In this document: positions 9,588 to 20,024 of the stretch, piece after piece
Numbering within the stretch: the first letter of the stretch is position 1
How the letters are laid out: the number at the start of each line of letters is the position of its first letter
IMG/VR virus record: IMGVR_UViG_3300037294_000399
Location: 32,308 to 96,307 of that record
Strand: one strand, 5' to 3'
Length of the DNA: 64,000 nt
Source of the DNA: a virus
Made by a program: the position numbers and the translations under genes
Notes under the pieces: generated by a model
Seen by the model: only the letters and a program-made list of their open reading frames with translations
Told to the model about the DNA's origin: nothing
Database searches by the model: none

Positions 9588-12111
9588 ATGGGTTTACAAA
9601 AAAAAGTAATTGAAAAATTAGAAACTGCAATAGAAAACAAAGATTGGGTGTCTATTGAAGATATTCAAAAGTATCTTAGCAAAGCATTAACAAAACCGAA
9701 CAACTTGATTTTGTGTTCAGATGCTTACAAATATTCACATCACAGATTCTATGGTGGTGAAATGACCAAGATGGTATCTTACTTGGAATCAAGAGGTGGT
9801 AAATTCTCTGAGACAGTATTCTACGGATTACAAATCTTCTTAAAACAATACTTAGAAGGTGTTGCCATTACGAAAGAAGAAGTTGATGAAGCATTTGACT
9901 ATTTAGGTACAAAGCACGGTGTGTTTGGCCGTGACGATGTATTCGATAGAACAAAATTCGATTATATTATCGAGATGTATGATGGTAAATTACCTATCAG
10001 CCTAAAAGCAGTTCCAGAAGGTTAACAAATGTAGCCATTCATACTAGTAATAGTATGTCTAAAGAAATCTAATTGCTGGGAACCCCTTAGAGCCTTTAAC
10101 ACTACAACGTAGATAGCAATATCAAGCGTGAATGTTTGAAAAGATAAAGGATTGGGAAATCAGCAGCGAAGTTTCTAAATTTAATTTCAATTAATTAGTG
10201 CGTTTTTAAAAGTTTATGATATTTATTAATAAACGCATTAATCATGAGAGAGTATAAAAAAGGGAAAGAATCACCATTGTTTAAAGATTTAACTGGTGAA
10301 AAGTTTGGTAAATTAACAGCTAAAAACTACATTTACGATGACACAAAGAAATATAAAAAACATATGTGGATTTGTGATTGTGATTGTGGTAATGAAGCTA
10401 AAGTTAGAACCAATGAATTAACAAAGGGTGAAAGAACACAGTGTAAACAATGTTCAATCAATGAAGTATCAAAAACTAGAACAAGACCAGATAATGGTGC
10501 ATTAATAACAAGAGTTATTAAACAGTATAAAGCTGGTGCTAAAAGAAGAGGTTATGAATTCTTATTAACAGATGAAAAACTAAAGGAATTAATTTTTTCA
10601 AATTGTTATTATTGTGGTGAAGAACCAAAAATAAATAAGGGTGAAGAACGTTATTTTAGAGGTGGTTTAGAGTTTAAAAGAAATGGAATTGATAGATTGA
10701 ATAATAAAATTGGTTATACAAATGAAAATGTTGTTACTTGTTGTGAAACATGTAATAGAGCTAAAATGTGTTTAGAGCATGATGATTTTTTAACCCTTAT
10801 TAATAAAATATACTTAAATTTAGAAAAACGTTCAACGACTATCCCACAAGGGAGTACAGAACAAGCTAATGGTTCTGGAAATGGTTTTGACCCTAGTAAA
10901 TAGGGTTTTGATATAGTCTAGTCTTTATCTAAAGATAAAGCAGTTCGTAAGAGAACGTATTCAACTGTTGCGAGTTGAGTAGAATGTAAACGTCAGTAGT
11001 TGGAACTAAAAATGTTTTGTTCGTTATCGAATCTTTAGATGAGAACTGCGCATGGTTAACCAATTTTTTAGAAACTATCTTGTTGCAAGTATGGTATCCA
11101 ATTACGGTTGCTACACTTTCAAGAGAAGTTCGTAAAATCGTAGATGCTAGTTTTCAAAAAAACACATCATATGATACTGGGTTAAGAGAGTTTCTGGTTG
11201 ATTACGTGTTGAATGACTTCGGTTTCCGTGGTGTATCGTCTGTACAATCAGCTGGTATTGGTGGGTCTGCTCACTTGGTAAACTTTAGAGGTTCTGATAC
11301 AATCATGGCATCTAAATACATCAGAGATTACTACAATACAGAAACAGTTTATGGGTTATCTATCCCAGCAACTGAACACTCTATCATGACACTTAAAGGT
11401 GAAGAAGGTGAATTGGAAATGATGAAACGAGTACTTACAACATTCCCTACTGGGTTAGTTGCGTGTGTATCTGATTCATACAATATCTTTCGTGCATGTT
11501 CTGAGTATTGGGGAACTGAATTGAGAGACTTAGTACTATCTCGCCCATCAGAACCAGGAAATCAACTAGTTATCCGTCCAGATTCTGGTGACGTGTTAAT
11601 GACATTGAAAGAAATTTTCACTATATTATTCGACAAATTCGGTTACACAGTAAACGATAAGGGTTATAAAGTGTTACCACCACAAGTTCGTGTGATTCAA
11701 GGTGATGGTGTTAATCTAGATTCAATTAAAGAAATCTACGCATTGTTAGAGGAAGAAAAAATATCACCAGAAAACTTAGCTTTAGGTATGGGTGGTAAAT
11801 TATTACAAGCAGTGGACCGAGACACATGTGCATTTGCTACCAAAGCTTGTACAGCCGTAGTTGACGGTGTTGAAGTTGAAGTACAGAAAAATCCTACCGA
11901 AATGGACGAGAATGGGAATTTAACAAAAAGTTTCAAAAAGTCTAAAAAGGGTAGATTGAAGTTGGTAAAAACTGATAACGGTTATATTACTTTAACTTCT
12001 AAAGATGAAGGATTCGAAGAAGCTAAGGATGAACTCGTAGAGGTTTTCCGCATGGGAGATATTCTTAAAGAGTGGTCTTTTGAGGAAATCCGTGAGAGAG
12101 CCAAAATTTAA
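9588..12111 (+). CDS. nadV: nicotinamide phosphoribosyltransferase, exons 9588-10022 and 10993-12111
   Basis: SDAYKYSH, AVPEG|SVVGTKNVLF after splicing, DFGFRG, PATEHS, VSDSY, IRPDSGD, IQGDG. Confidence 0.92.
10023..10992 (+). mobile_element. group I intron in NAMPT
   Basis: 5' exon ends in U pairing with GCCATTC (P1); P/Q AATTGCTGGGAA and AATCAGCAG; R/S TCAACGACTA and GATATAGTC; terminal G; splicing restores the frame. Confidence 0.9.
10244..10903 (+). CDS. intron-encoded HNH endonuclease
   Basis: DLTGEKFGKL, CDCDCG, CYYCG, GIDRLNN..GY...NVVTCCETCN..K. Confidence 0.88.
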   Translation: MREYKKGKESPLFKDLTGEKFGKLTAKNYIYDDTKKYKKHMWICDCDCGNEAKVRTNELTKGERTQCKQCSINEVSKTRTRPDNGALITRVIKQYKAGAKRRGYEFLLTDEKLKELIFSNCYYCGEEPKINKGEERYFRGGLEFKRNGIDRLNNKIGYTNENVVTCCETCNRAKMCLEHDDFLTLINKIYLNLEKRSTTIPQGSTEQANGSGNGFDPSK

Positions 12112-12126
12112 CTAATAAAAGCCATT

Positions 12127-13038
12127 CTATAGAATGGCTTTTATGTTTTTTAATATATCATCTTCATCATGTTTGATACTAATTAGGTTAATCTTTTTGA
12201 AACTACAATAATCAAGTTTTATCTTATCTTTCTTTTGTCGGTCCTTTAAACCCAATACACCACCCCATTGTTGTATAGTTTCAAAGTGTTGTCTACCTTG
12301 ATATTCAATACATGTATTATATTTTGGTAAATAGAAATCGAATGGTAATGGTCTTTTATCTCTACAATCTGGAAATCTGTGTTGTGGTGTAAATTCAATA
12401 TCATTTTCAAGTAACCATTCTAAAATTTTTTCTTCACCTTTGGATATTATACATAATGGACATCTAGTACCACTTTTATGGTTCGATGGTAATTGTTCAA
12501 AATCACCATGTTTAGAACAGATAATAGTAACCTTGGTCCTATTATCAACATAATTTACTTTAGAGTAATCATATTTGTTTCCGTGAACCAATTTAGCTTT
12601 TTTAATAAAAGTATCTGTATCGTCACTAAAATCGTTTGAAACCTTATCTAATGAACATTGTTTACAACCACTACCATTTAAATGATTAGTGGCTTTTTGT
12701 GTAAATTCACCATGCAACGGACATTCTATAGTAATACAATTTAATGCACCAATATAATTTATGTTACTATAATTGTAAAAAAAACCATGAATTTTTTCAG
12801 CTTTTTCAATAAATTTATTTCTAGTTGTTTTTGTGCTATTTCTACCACATGAATAGCATCCGTAACCCTTTAAGTGACCATTTGGTGTTTGTTCAAATTC
12901 TCCATGAATAGGACATATAATGATTACTTTAATATTTCTATTGGTATAGTTAACTTTAGTGTAATCATATTTATCACTATGTAGAATAGTTGCCTCAATA
13001 ACAAACTCAGCTGTTGTTTTACGTTTCTCAGCACCCAT
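12127..13038 (-). CDS. DUF723-type Cys/His-repeat endonuclease with C-terminal PD-(D/E)XK/Vsr-like domain
   Basis: three KYDYS..Y..IICP.HG.F.Q...H..G.GC repeats; SKGE, LPFDFYLP..IEYQG.QH. Confidence 0.85.
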   Translation of the reverse strand: MGAEKRKTTAEFVIEATILHSDKYDYTKVNYTNRNIKVIIICPIHGEFEQTPNGHLKGYGCYSCGRNSTKTTRNKFIEKAEKIHGFFYNYSNINYIGALNCITIECPLHGEFTQKATNHLNGSGCKQCSLDKVSNDFSDDTDTFIKKAKLVHGNKYDYSKVNYVDNRTKVTIICSKHGDFEQLPSNHKSGTRCPLCIISKGEEKILEWLLENDIEFTPQHRFPDCRDKRPLPFDFYLPKYNTCIEYQGRQHFETIQQWGGVLGLKDRQKKDKIKLDYCSFKKINLISIKHDEDDILKNIKAIL

Positions 13039-13190
13039 TATTTAAGAGAATTAAAATGTTGTTCTAATAACCAGTTAATTAATTTAGATTTATTGATTTT
13101 TTCATCAGACATTAATTCATAATTATCTTTTGAAATAGATAACGATATTTTTGTTTTTTTATCTTCTTGTGGTTTTATTTTTCTTCCCAT
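13038..13190 (-). CDS. 50-aa ribbon-helix-helix-like protein (absent from ORF track)
   Basis: MGRKIKPQEDKKTKISLSISKDNYELMSDEKINKSKLINWLLEQHFNSLK; TAATG overlap with nuclease start. Confidence 0.75.
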   Translation of the reverse strand: MGRKIKPQEDKKTKISLSISKDNYELMSDEKINKSKLINWLLEQHFNSLK

Positions 13191-13260
13191 GATATTTTAT
13201 TTAAGTATTTGTTATACTAATAAATATCTAGAAATAATATAAAAGTCATAAAATTATGAA

Positions 13261-13398
13261 TTATTTTAATTTTTTATCTTCATAGTGTTTGGTTAATAAC
13301 TCATCGATAAGTTTAGAACGATTATAATTACCCTCATCTATTTTTTTAATTAGGTTTTTATCTATGGCTACACCAATAATTTTATTTTCTTGTTTCAT
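13261..13398 (-). CDS. 45-aa ribbon-helix-helix-like protein (absent from ORF track)
   Basis: MKQENKIIGVAIDKNLIKKIDEGNYNRSKLIDELLTKHYEDKKLK; paralog at 40104-40232. Confidence 0.7.
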   Translation of the reverse strand: MKQENKIIGVAIDKNLIKKIDEGNYNRSKLIDELLTKHYEDKKLK

Positions 13399-13471
13399 AA
13401 TCTTTTTATATAAATATATGTTTTTTATTGATATTGTAAATTAAATGTTGTATCTTTGTAAAAAATATAAT

Positions 13472-13780
13472 ATGATAAAATTAAGTGATACACAAAACTT
13501 TGCAACCAAAGCATGTTATGCCATTGTAAATGGTGAAGAAAAGAACATAATCAAGTCACCAACTGAAATGGACGCTAACGGTAACATTACAAAATCATTT
13601 AAGAAATCAAAACAAGGTTTGCTTAAATTGGTTAAGAATGAAGATGGTACCTTTAGAACAGTAACTTCAATGGATACTGAGTTCAACAATGTTACAGACG
13701 AGTTGGTAGAAGTATTTAGAAACGGTATAATCACTAAAGAATGGACATTCGAAGAAGTGAGAGAACGAGCAAAACTTTAA
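13472..13780 (+). pseudogene. orphan second copy of the NAMPT C-terminus
   Basis: DTQNFATKAC...KEWTFEEVRERAKL aligns with DTCAFATKAC...KEWSFEEIRERAKI; own TATCTTTG promoter and ATG. Confidence 0.9.
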
Positions 13781-13782
13781 TT

Positions 13783-14277
13783 ATGGGAACAAAAAACGTT
13801 ACAATAACAGACGAGTTTGTGTTCTTTTGGAATGGGGTTTACAGTCAATGGCATCCATCAAAGTTTGTAATTGCTGGAATCACTTACACTAGTTGCGAAC
13901 AATACATGATGGCACAAAAAGCTTTATATTTCAAAGATATGGAAGTATATGAAACTATCATGGTTTCTAACAACCCAAAAGAACAAAAAGCTTTGGGTCG
14001 TAGTGTTAAAAATTTTGACACTAAGCGTTGGAATGAAGTATGTAGAGAATTTGTTTATCAAGGTAACTTGGCCAAGTTTACACAAAATTATAACTTTAAA
14101 TCGACACTATTAGCGACTGAAGATAAAGAAATTGTTGAAGCAAGTCCCTACGATAAAATATGGGGAATTGGAATGGGTATTGAGCACCGAAATATTGAAG
14201 ATAAGAGCAAATGGGAAGGTCTTAATTGGTTAGGTGAAGCTATTATGCGAGTAAGAGAAACTTTAAAACAAAAATAA
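13783..14277 (+). CDS. NADAR (YbiA/DUF1768) family protein
   Basis: SQWH, EQYMMAQKA..F.D, K.LGR.V.NFD, VEASPYDKIWGIG, GLNWLG..IM.VR. Confidence 0.92.
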   Translation: MGTKNVTITDEFVFFWNGVYSQWHPSKFVIAGITYTSCEQYMMAQKALYFKDMEVYETIMVSNNPKEQKALGRSVKNFDTKRWNEVCREFVYQGNLAKFTQNYNFKSTLLATEDKEIVEASPYDKIWGIGMGIEHRNIEDKSKWEGLNWLGEAIMRVRETLKQK

Positions 14278-14279
14278 AT

Positions 14280-14729
14280 ATGATAAAATACATTGATGGT
14301 GACTTAGTTAAAGATGCCGAATTATTTGATGTGGTTGCACACTGTTGTAACTGCTTCTGTAGTATGGGTGCTGGTATAGCCCCACAAATCAAAAATAAAT
14401 TTCCAGAAGCTTACGAGGTTGATTGTGAAACAATAAAAGGTGGTAAAAGTAAGTTAGGTACAATTACCTATACCGAAAACACGACACCTATAATTGTTAA
14501 TTTGTATGGTCAATATGACTATACTGTAAGACGAAATGGCCAAATGGATTTAGATTATGATGCTTTACGTTCTGCGTTAAGAGAAATGAAAAACCAATTT
14601 ACGGGGTTACTTTTTGGTATGCCACTTATTGGTTGTGGGCTTGCTGGGGGTGATTGGGATGTGATTGAGGCAATCATTGAAGAAGAACTAGAAGGTGAAA
14701 GAGTGATTGTGGTAAATTACGTTCCCTAA
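14280..14729 (+). CDS. macrodomain protein
   Basis: GDL, HCCNC..MGAGIA..I, NLYGQ, PLIGCGLAGGDW. Confidence 0.9.
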   Translation: MIKYIDGDLVKDAELFDVVAHCCNCFCSMGAGIAPQIKNKFPEAYEVDCETIKGGKSKLGTITYTENTTPIIVNLYGQYDYTVRRNGQMDLDYDALRSALREMKNQFTGLLFGMPLIGCGLAGGDWDVIEAIIEEELEGERVIVVNYVP

Positions 14730-14839
14730 TTTATTTCACTAAAACATTTGATTTATGTAAATTTTTTAGTACCTTTGTAATATAAAAGTAATGTTCTTAG
14801 ATATTAAAGATAAAATAATAAGTTTTTCGGACAAATAAT

Positions 14840-15283
14840 ATGAGTATAATAAAATCAATAAATGTAAATCATTTTGGGTATATGGTTTCTAAAAACTGGG
14901 ATAGAACTTTTTGGGCGTTTGATATCCATGGCACCATACTTAAACCTAATTACGAATATGGTAACACTCCAGATGAGTTTTACCCTATGGCAAAAGAAAC
15001 CTTGCAATTAATTAGCAAGTTGCCAGATGTTGTTATGTTTTTATATACATGTTCTCACCCACATGAAGTCAATGAGTATTTAGCTTTATTCAAAGCTAAC
15101 GATATTCTATTCAAGTATGTCAACGATAATCCAGAGGTGCCTACTCAACCAGATGGTTATGGGAACTACGATAAAAAACCTTATATGAATGTTTTGTTTG
15201 AAGACAAAGCTGGTTTTGACCCAATCACTGATTGGTCAGAGGTTTATGATTTATTAACTAAACACTATGGCGAGTTTAAATAA
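14840..15283 (+). CDS. HAD-superfamily protein
   Basis: FDIHGTI, YTCS, KPY..L.EDKAG. Confidence 0.7.
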   Translation: MSIIKSINVNHFGYMVSKNWDRTFWAFDIHGTILKPNYEYGNTPDEFYPMAKETLQLISKLPDVVMFLYTCSHPHEVNEYLALFKANDILFKYVNDNPEVPTQPDGYGNYDKKPYMNVLFEDKAGFDPITDWSEVYDLLTKHYGEFK

Positions 15284-15638
15284 CCCTTACAATTTATCTT
15301 TCGATGATAGTCGAAAAGATTATATAAAAATAAAAACGGTTAATGATGAAACTGTTTTGATGTCAGCAGATGATTTGAAAGCTATTATGGTTGATTACCT
15401 AAAGACAGAAATAGATTTTTTCGTTGATGGTATCACTGAACAAGATAAAATAAAATTCAAAGACCGTTTAGATTTTAAGCTAAAGCAAATCGAAAATGAT
15501 ATATTAAGACACATTGATGATAAGATAAATTGTATTACTGAAAAAATAATTTCAAATTGTACCACTAGAATCATTGAAGGTGAAGTTGACCGAAGAATTA
15601 ACGAAAAATTAAAAATTAAATACGATGTTAGAATTTAA
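15267..15638 (+). CDS. hypothetical protein
   Basis: operon packing. Confidence 0.6.
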   Translation: MASLNNPYNLSFDDSRKDYIKIKTVNDETVLMSADDLKAIMVDYLKTEIDFFVDGITEQDKIKFKDRLDFKLKQIENDILRHIDDKINCITEKIISNCTTRIIEGEVDRRINEKLKIKYDVRI

Positions 15639-15819
15639 AACCCCAATACCAGTAATTGTTGAAGAAGACAAAGAAGGTTATGCTATTTATGTCGCTAATG
15701 GTGGAACATTTGAAAACGATATCTGGTGTGTGGTTTTATGTGATGGTGGTATTGTTAGACATTATCTTAGTAACCAAATTAAAATTTATAAGAACTTAAC
15801 CTTTAAGATTACAAAATGA
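15625..15819 (+). CDS. hypothetical protein
   Basis: operon packing. Confidence 0.65.
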   Translation: MLEFKTPIPVIVEEDKEGYAIYVANGGTFENDIWCVVLCDGGIVRHYLSNQIKIYKNLTFKITK

Positions 15820-16118
15820 AAAAATTAATTATATTATTTGCGTTTTTTACGCTATTATTAATAACTGGATGTGCTGATGTTTCACAAATCCAATATATGA
15901 ATCCTAGTGAGCATGTATATGGCTTTTGGGGTGGTACATGGCATGGTATGATTACGATACCTTCATTTATCGGTAGTCTTATCTGGAATGATGTAGCTAT
16001 CTATGCTGTTAATAATAACGGTGGGTGGTATGATTTCGGTTTCATCGGTGGGTTTTATTTAATAGTTAAAGTTATCAAAACCATGATTCTTGGGGTTAAA
16101 TCGGCTGTTCAGAAGTAA
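15816..16118 (+). CDS. putative lipoprotein/membrane protein
   Basis: signal peptide with ITGC lipobox, GFWGG.WHG, NNGGWYDFGF. Confidence 0.7.
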   Translation: MKKLIILFAFFTLLLITGCADVSQIQYMNPSEHVYGFWGGTWHGMITIPSFIGSLIWNDVAIYAVNNNGGWYDFGFIGGFYLIVKVIKTMILGVKSAVQK

Positions 16119-16846
16119 TGAAAAAGAAAGTAGTTATATTTACAGGTGCTGGAATAAGCAAAGAATCTGGTGTTGATACATTCAGAGATTCGGTAGATGG
16201 CCTTTGGGAAAACCATAAGATTGAAGAAGTTTGTACTCTTGATGGTTGGAGAAAAGACCGTGAGAAAGTACTTAACTTTTACAATGACCGCAGAAGACAA
16301 ATGCCAAGTGTTGAACCTAACAATGCACATAAAGCATTGGCTAGGTTAGAAGAAGACTTTGATGTAACTATCGTTACACAAAATGTTGATGATTTGCACG
16401 AAAGAGGTGGGTCCACTAACATCATTCACTTGCATGGTGAGTTAACTAAAGCTAGGAGTTCTTATTTAACTGGTAATCTTTTAAAAGTTAAGTTAGATTC
16501 TATTGACATTGGTTATTCTGATATTAATATTGGTGATAAATGCGAGAAGTATGGTGCACAATTAAGACCACACATTGTATGGTTTGGTGAATATCCTTTT
16601 GATATAAATAAAGCTTATGATGCTTTTTTAACAGCTGATATTGTAATAATTGTTGGAACTAGTTTACAAATTGGTTATACCTTAAGTTTTTTTGATAACC
16701 TACCGAAAGGTTTTAACGTAATATACATTGACCCTAACCCTAGTCATGATTTAGACACACTTGATTTAAACATTGAGTACGTAGAGAAAAGTGCTGTTGA
16801 AGGGGTGACAGAAATTGTGGAAAGAATTATTAACGAACAAAATTAA
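16118..16846 (+). CDS. cobB: Sir2/CobB NAD-dependent deacylase
   Basis: FTGAGISKESG..TFR, TQNVDDLHERGG, HLHG, LRPHIVWFGE, VGTSL. Confidence 0.92.
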   Translation: MKKKVVIFTGAGISKESGVDTFRDSVDGLWENHKIEEVCTLDGWRKDREKVLNFYNDRRRQMPSVEPNNAHKALARLEEDFDVTIVTQNVDDLHERGGSTNIIHLHGELTKARSSYLTGNLLKVKLDSIDIGYSDINIGDKCEKYGAQLRPHIVWFGEYPFDINKAYDAFLTADIVIIVGTSLQIGYTLSFFDNLPKGFNVIYIDPNPSHDLDTLDLNIEYVEKSAVEGVTEIVERIINEQN

Positions 16847-16850
16847 ATAT

Positions 16851-17198
16851 ATGCATTATTTTTTAGATGGTACAATTAAACAAATTGGAGAGATACAGGA
16901 ATTTGGTAACTTTAAAAAGAGAGAATTTGTTGTAAAAACAGAAGAACAATACCCAGAGATTGTTAAGTTAGAATTTATTAATGAAAACGTTGAAACGTTA
17001 GAAAGATTTAGCCTTAATGAAGTAGTAACAGTTGCTTTTGTGGTTAAAGGAAACGAACATAACGGTAAATTTTATAACAATTTAAGGGCAATAGCTATTT
17101 GTGAGTATATGGATAATAGAGTTGAGAAAGAACAAGCGAAAGCTAAAAAAGAAAATAAAAGGGTTCAAGCATTATTGGACGCTAAGGTAAAAAATTAA
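16851..17198 (+). CDS. DUF3127-like OB-fold protein
   Basis: FKKREFVV.T.EQYP, V.V.F...G.E.NGKFYN.L.A. Confidence 0.8.
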   Translation: MHYFLDGTIKQIGEIQEFGNFKKREFVVKTEEQYPEIVKLEFINENVETLERFSLNEVVTVAFVVKGNEHNGKFYNNLRAIAICEYMDNRVEKEQAKAKKENKRVQALLDAKVKN

Positions 17199-17202
17199 TA
17201 AA

Positions 17203-17571
17203 ATGTCAGTACTAAAATTAGAACTAAAAAAAGAACACGTAACATTGTTATCAAAATTACGTTGGTCGATGAAAGATAACATTATTTCTGGTGTTAAACA
17301 TGATGGTGAAGAATATATGCCACCATTTAATGGTGATAGTCTTTACGAAGAGGTTGACCTTATATTGAATGGTATGCCAGCAGATTTTGACCCATTTACT
17401 ACAGAAGAACCTAGAGAATATTCAGAGGAACAAAAAGCCGAATGGGATAAATTATATTCTGAATTACCGATGGCTTTAGATATCATATTACACAACAATA
17501 GTTTTGAGTTGGGAACGTATAAAACAAAATTTCATGACCGAATGTGGAAAAAAATAAATAATATTTTGTAA
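17203..17571 (+). CDS. hypothetical protein
   Basis: ORF in operon. Confidence 0.7.
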   Translation: MSVLKLELKKEHVTLLSKLRWSMKDNIISGVKHDGEEYMPPFNGDSLYEEVDLILNGMPADFDPFTTEEPREYSEEQKAEWDKLYSELPMALDIILHNNSFELGTYKTKFHDRMWKKINNIL

Positions 17572-17611
17572 ATTAAATTAATGGTTGTGCCTTTGTTAAA
17601 AATATGCCAAT

Positions 17612-17815
17612 ATGATAGAATCAGTTGATTATTTTGGTGGTACAAGTGGTTTAAAAGAACAACAGAAGAAAGATAAAATAAAAAAAGATTACTGTGACAA
17701 TAATAAAATAAAGTTAATAATAATAAAATACAATGAAAAAACAGATAATTTATTAACTAAAATAAATAAAATAAATAAAATAAATAAAATTTTAAAAAAT
17801 AATGGTAAAAATTAA
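17612..17815 (+). pseudogene. C-terminal remnant of a DUF723/PD-(D/E)XK endonuclease
   Basis: FGG..GLKEQQKKDKIKKDYC..NKIKLIIIKY matches ends of 12127 and 19397 ORFs. Confidence 0.7.
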
Positions 17816-19415
17816 ATTTAAAGATTTAACTGAAATTGAAATTGAGAAATTTAGGTTAGAATATGTTAATAGGTTAGAAAATAATTTAACAGTTGAGAAA
17901 TTAGCAATTAAAATTAGTAATGACTTAGGGTTATCGGAAAGAACCGTTAGAAAATGGTTTAAAAAATTAAACTTCAAAGAAAAAGTTGAAATTGAACCAG
18001 AACAGTATGTAAAAGCCAAAACAAGAGTCCATGACGGGACTAAAAAACGTTTTATAATAAGTTGGGCCCAGAACAATACACCTGTTCATACTGGTTTGAT
18101 GAAAAACTTAGAAGCTTATGGTGAATTTATCGATGCTGATATCCATATCATAGCTGGTAGGTATAGAAACCCTACTAGTATGTGGACAAATCAACAAGAA
18201 GAATCAGAATTTTGGGTTTCAGAGGTATTACCATACTTAGACGCTAATAGACATGACATACATAAGTATGTGTCTATTATGTCAGATATTAAGATTCAAC
18301 CAACTGCTGTGAACCCAATGACTGGGTTACAAGCGTTGAGTGGTATTAATTCTTGTGTGTTTGGTAGTCCAAAGGTTCAATTAGAAATGATTCCAGTATT
18401 AGAAGGTAACAACCCTAAAATGATGACTACTACTGGTGCGGTAACTAAAAAGAATTATACTGATTCTAAAGCTGGTAAAACTGGTGACTTCCATCATACA
18501 TTTGGTTTTGTTATCGTTGAGATTAAAGATGATAATACTTTTTTCCTAAGACAGGTAACTGCTGATGACAAAACAGGTAACTTTACTGATTTATATTATC
18601 GAGTTGAAAAAGGTGAAGTAAGTGAAGTAACTAAATTTGCTGCGGCTATCTTAGGTGATATTCACTACGGACATCATGACCAAGAAGTTTTAGATACAAC
18701 GCTTAGTTTATTTGAACGAGTAAAACCACAGCACGTTATATTACATGACGTATTTGATGGTTCTTCAATTAGTCATCATGAGATGAAAGACCCTTTCATT
18801 CAATACGGTAAAGAAATATCTGGCACCAACGACTTAGGTAAAGAGGTTGATTTTATGTTGGAATCTTTAAAGTCGTTTGAAAAGTTTGATAATGTGGTTA
18901 TTGTTAGAAGTAATCATGATGATTTCTTAGACCGTTGGCTTAAGAATGAAGATTGGAAGAAACAACCAACATACAAAAATTCTAGGCTTTATATGAAAAT
19001 GTCTGATATGTTATTAGAACAATATGCTAATGACCCATACAACGTAAAAGGTGTAATCCCAAGTATCATCAATCAGAAGTTTCCTAAGTTTATCACACTA
19101 GGTCGAAGTGCTTCTTATCGAGTTAAAGATTGGGAACTGGGTCAACATGGTGATATTGGTTCAAATGGTAGTCGAGGTTCATTATTACAATTCAGAAAAT
19201 TAAACACTAAGATTGTTGTTGGACATTACCACTCGCCTGGTCGTAAGGACGGAGCGTTAGCCGTAGGTACATCAACAAAATTAAGGGTAGGTTATAACAG
19301 AGGTGCGAGTTCATGGTTACAATCACATGTTATCATCCACACAGATGGTCGAGCCCAACACATAAATTTTATGCTAGATAAAGACGGTAACTTGGGTTAT
19401 ACTACTTTTGAATAA
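17802..19415 (+). CDS. HTH + metallophosphoesterase, resembling phage T5 A1-like proteins
   Basis: N-terminal HTH (LGLSERTVRKW), AQNNT, GDIH, HDVFD, SNHD, HGD.G.NGSRGS, GHYHS. Confidence 0.65.
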   Translation: MVKIKFKDLTEIEIEKFRLEYVNRLENNLTVEKLAIKISNDLGLSERTVRKWFKKLNFKEKVEIEPEQYVKAKTRVHDGTKKRFIISWAQNNTPVHTGLMKNLEAYGEFIDADIHIIAGRYRNPTSMWTNQQEESEFWVSEVLPYLDANRHDIHKYVSIMSDIKIQPTAVNPMTGLQALSGINSCVFGSPKVQLEMIPVLEGNNPKMMTTTGAVTKKNYTDSKAGKTGDFHHTFGFVIVEIKDDNTFFLRQVTADDKTGNFTDLYYRVEKGEVSEVTKFAAAILGDIHYGHHDQEVLDTTLSLFERVKPQHVILHDVFDGSSISHHEMKDPFIQYGKEISGTNDLGKEVDFMLESLKSFEKFDNVVIVRSNHDDFLDRWLKNEDWKKQPTYKNSRLYMKMSDMLLEQYANDPYNVKGVIPSIINQKFPKFITLGRSASYRVKDWELGQHGDIGSNGSRGSLLQFRKLNTKIVVGHYHSPGRKDGALAVGTSTKLRVGYNRGASSWLQSHVIIHTDGRAQHINFMLDKDGNLGYTTFE

Positions 19416-19985
19416 GTTAATTTATCACCAACATTGTCATTATATTTAATAATAATAAGTGGAATATTGTTTAGTAAACAATATTCCCTTTTTATTTTAT
19501 CATTAATTTTCCTAGAATTAAACCCTTGAACCCCACCAAAATGTTCAACTACTTTATAATGTTGAATCCCGTTAAATTCAATACAAATATTAAAATCTGG
19601 TAAATAGAAATCAAAAGGTAATTTTAATTTATTTTTACAATTATTAAATTTATATTGTGGTAAATAATTGATATTAAATGACTCTAAAAAAAACTCTAAT
19701 TTTTTTTTCACCTAGTGATTCATTACAAGTTGGGCAACCATTACCATTCTTATGATTATTTGGTGTTTGGTTAAAAACCCCGTGTTTTAAACATTTTATA
19801 ATTATTTTTTTATGGGCTGAAACATAAATAACTTTAGAATAATCATATGTTTCACCATGTATTTTTTTAAAATCGTTAATTAATTTTAAGATTGTTGGTT
19901 TTTCTAACCCAGCACATTGTTTACAACCTTGGCCATTTTTATGGTTATTAATTGTTTGTGTGAAATTACCACTTTTTTTTATCAT
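19397..19985 (-). pseudogene. frameshifted, 5'-truncated DUF723/PD-(D/E)XK endonuclease
   Basis: two overlapping ORFs joined across an A-run; YDYSKV, C.KHG.F.Q, LPFDFYLP. Confidence 0.8.
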
Positions 19986-20024
19986 TTACTTGCATAATTT
20001 AAAATATAGTAGTACCTTTGTAAT

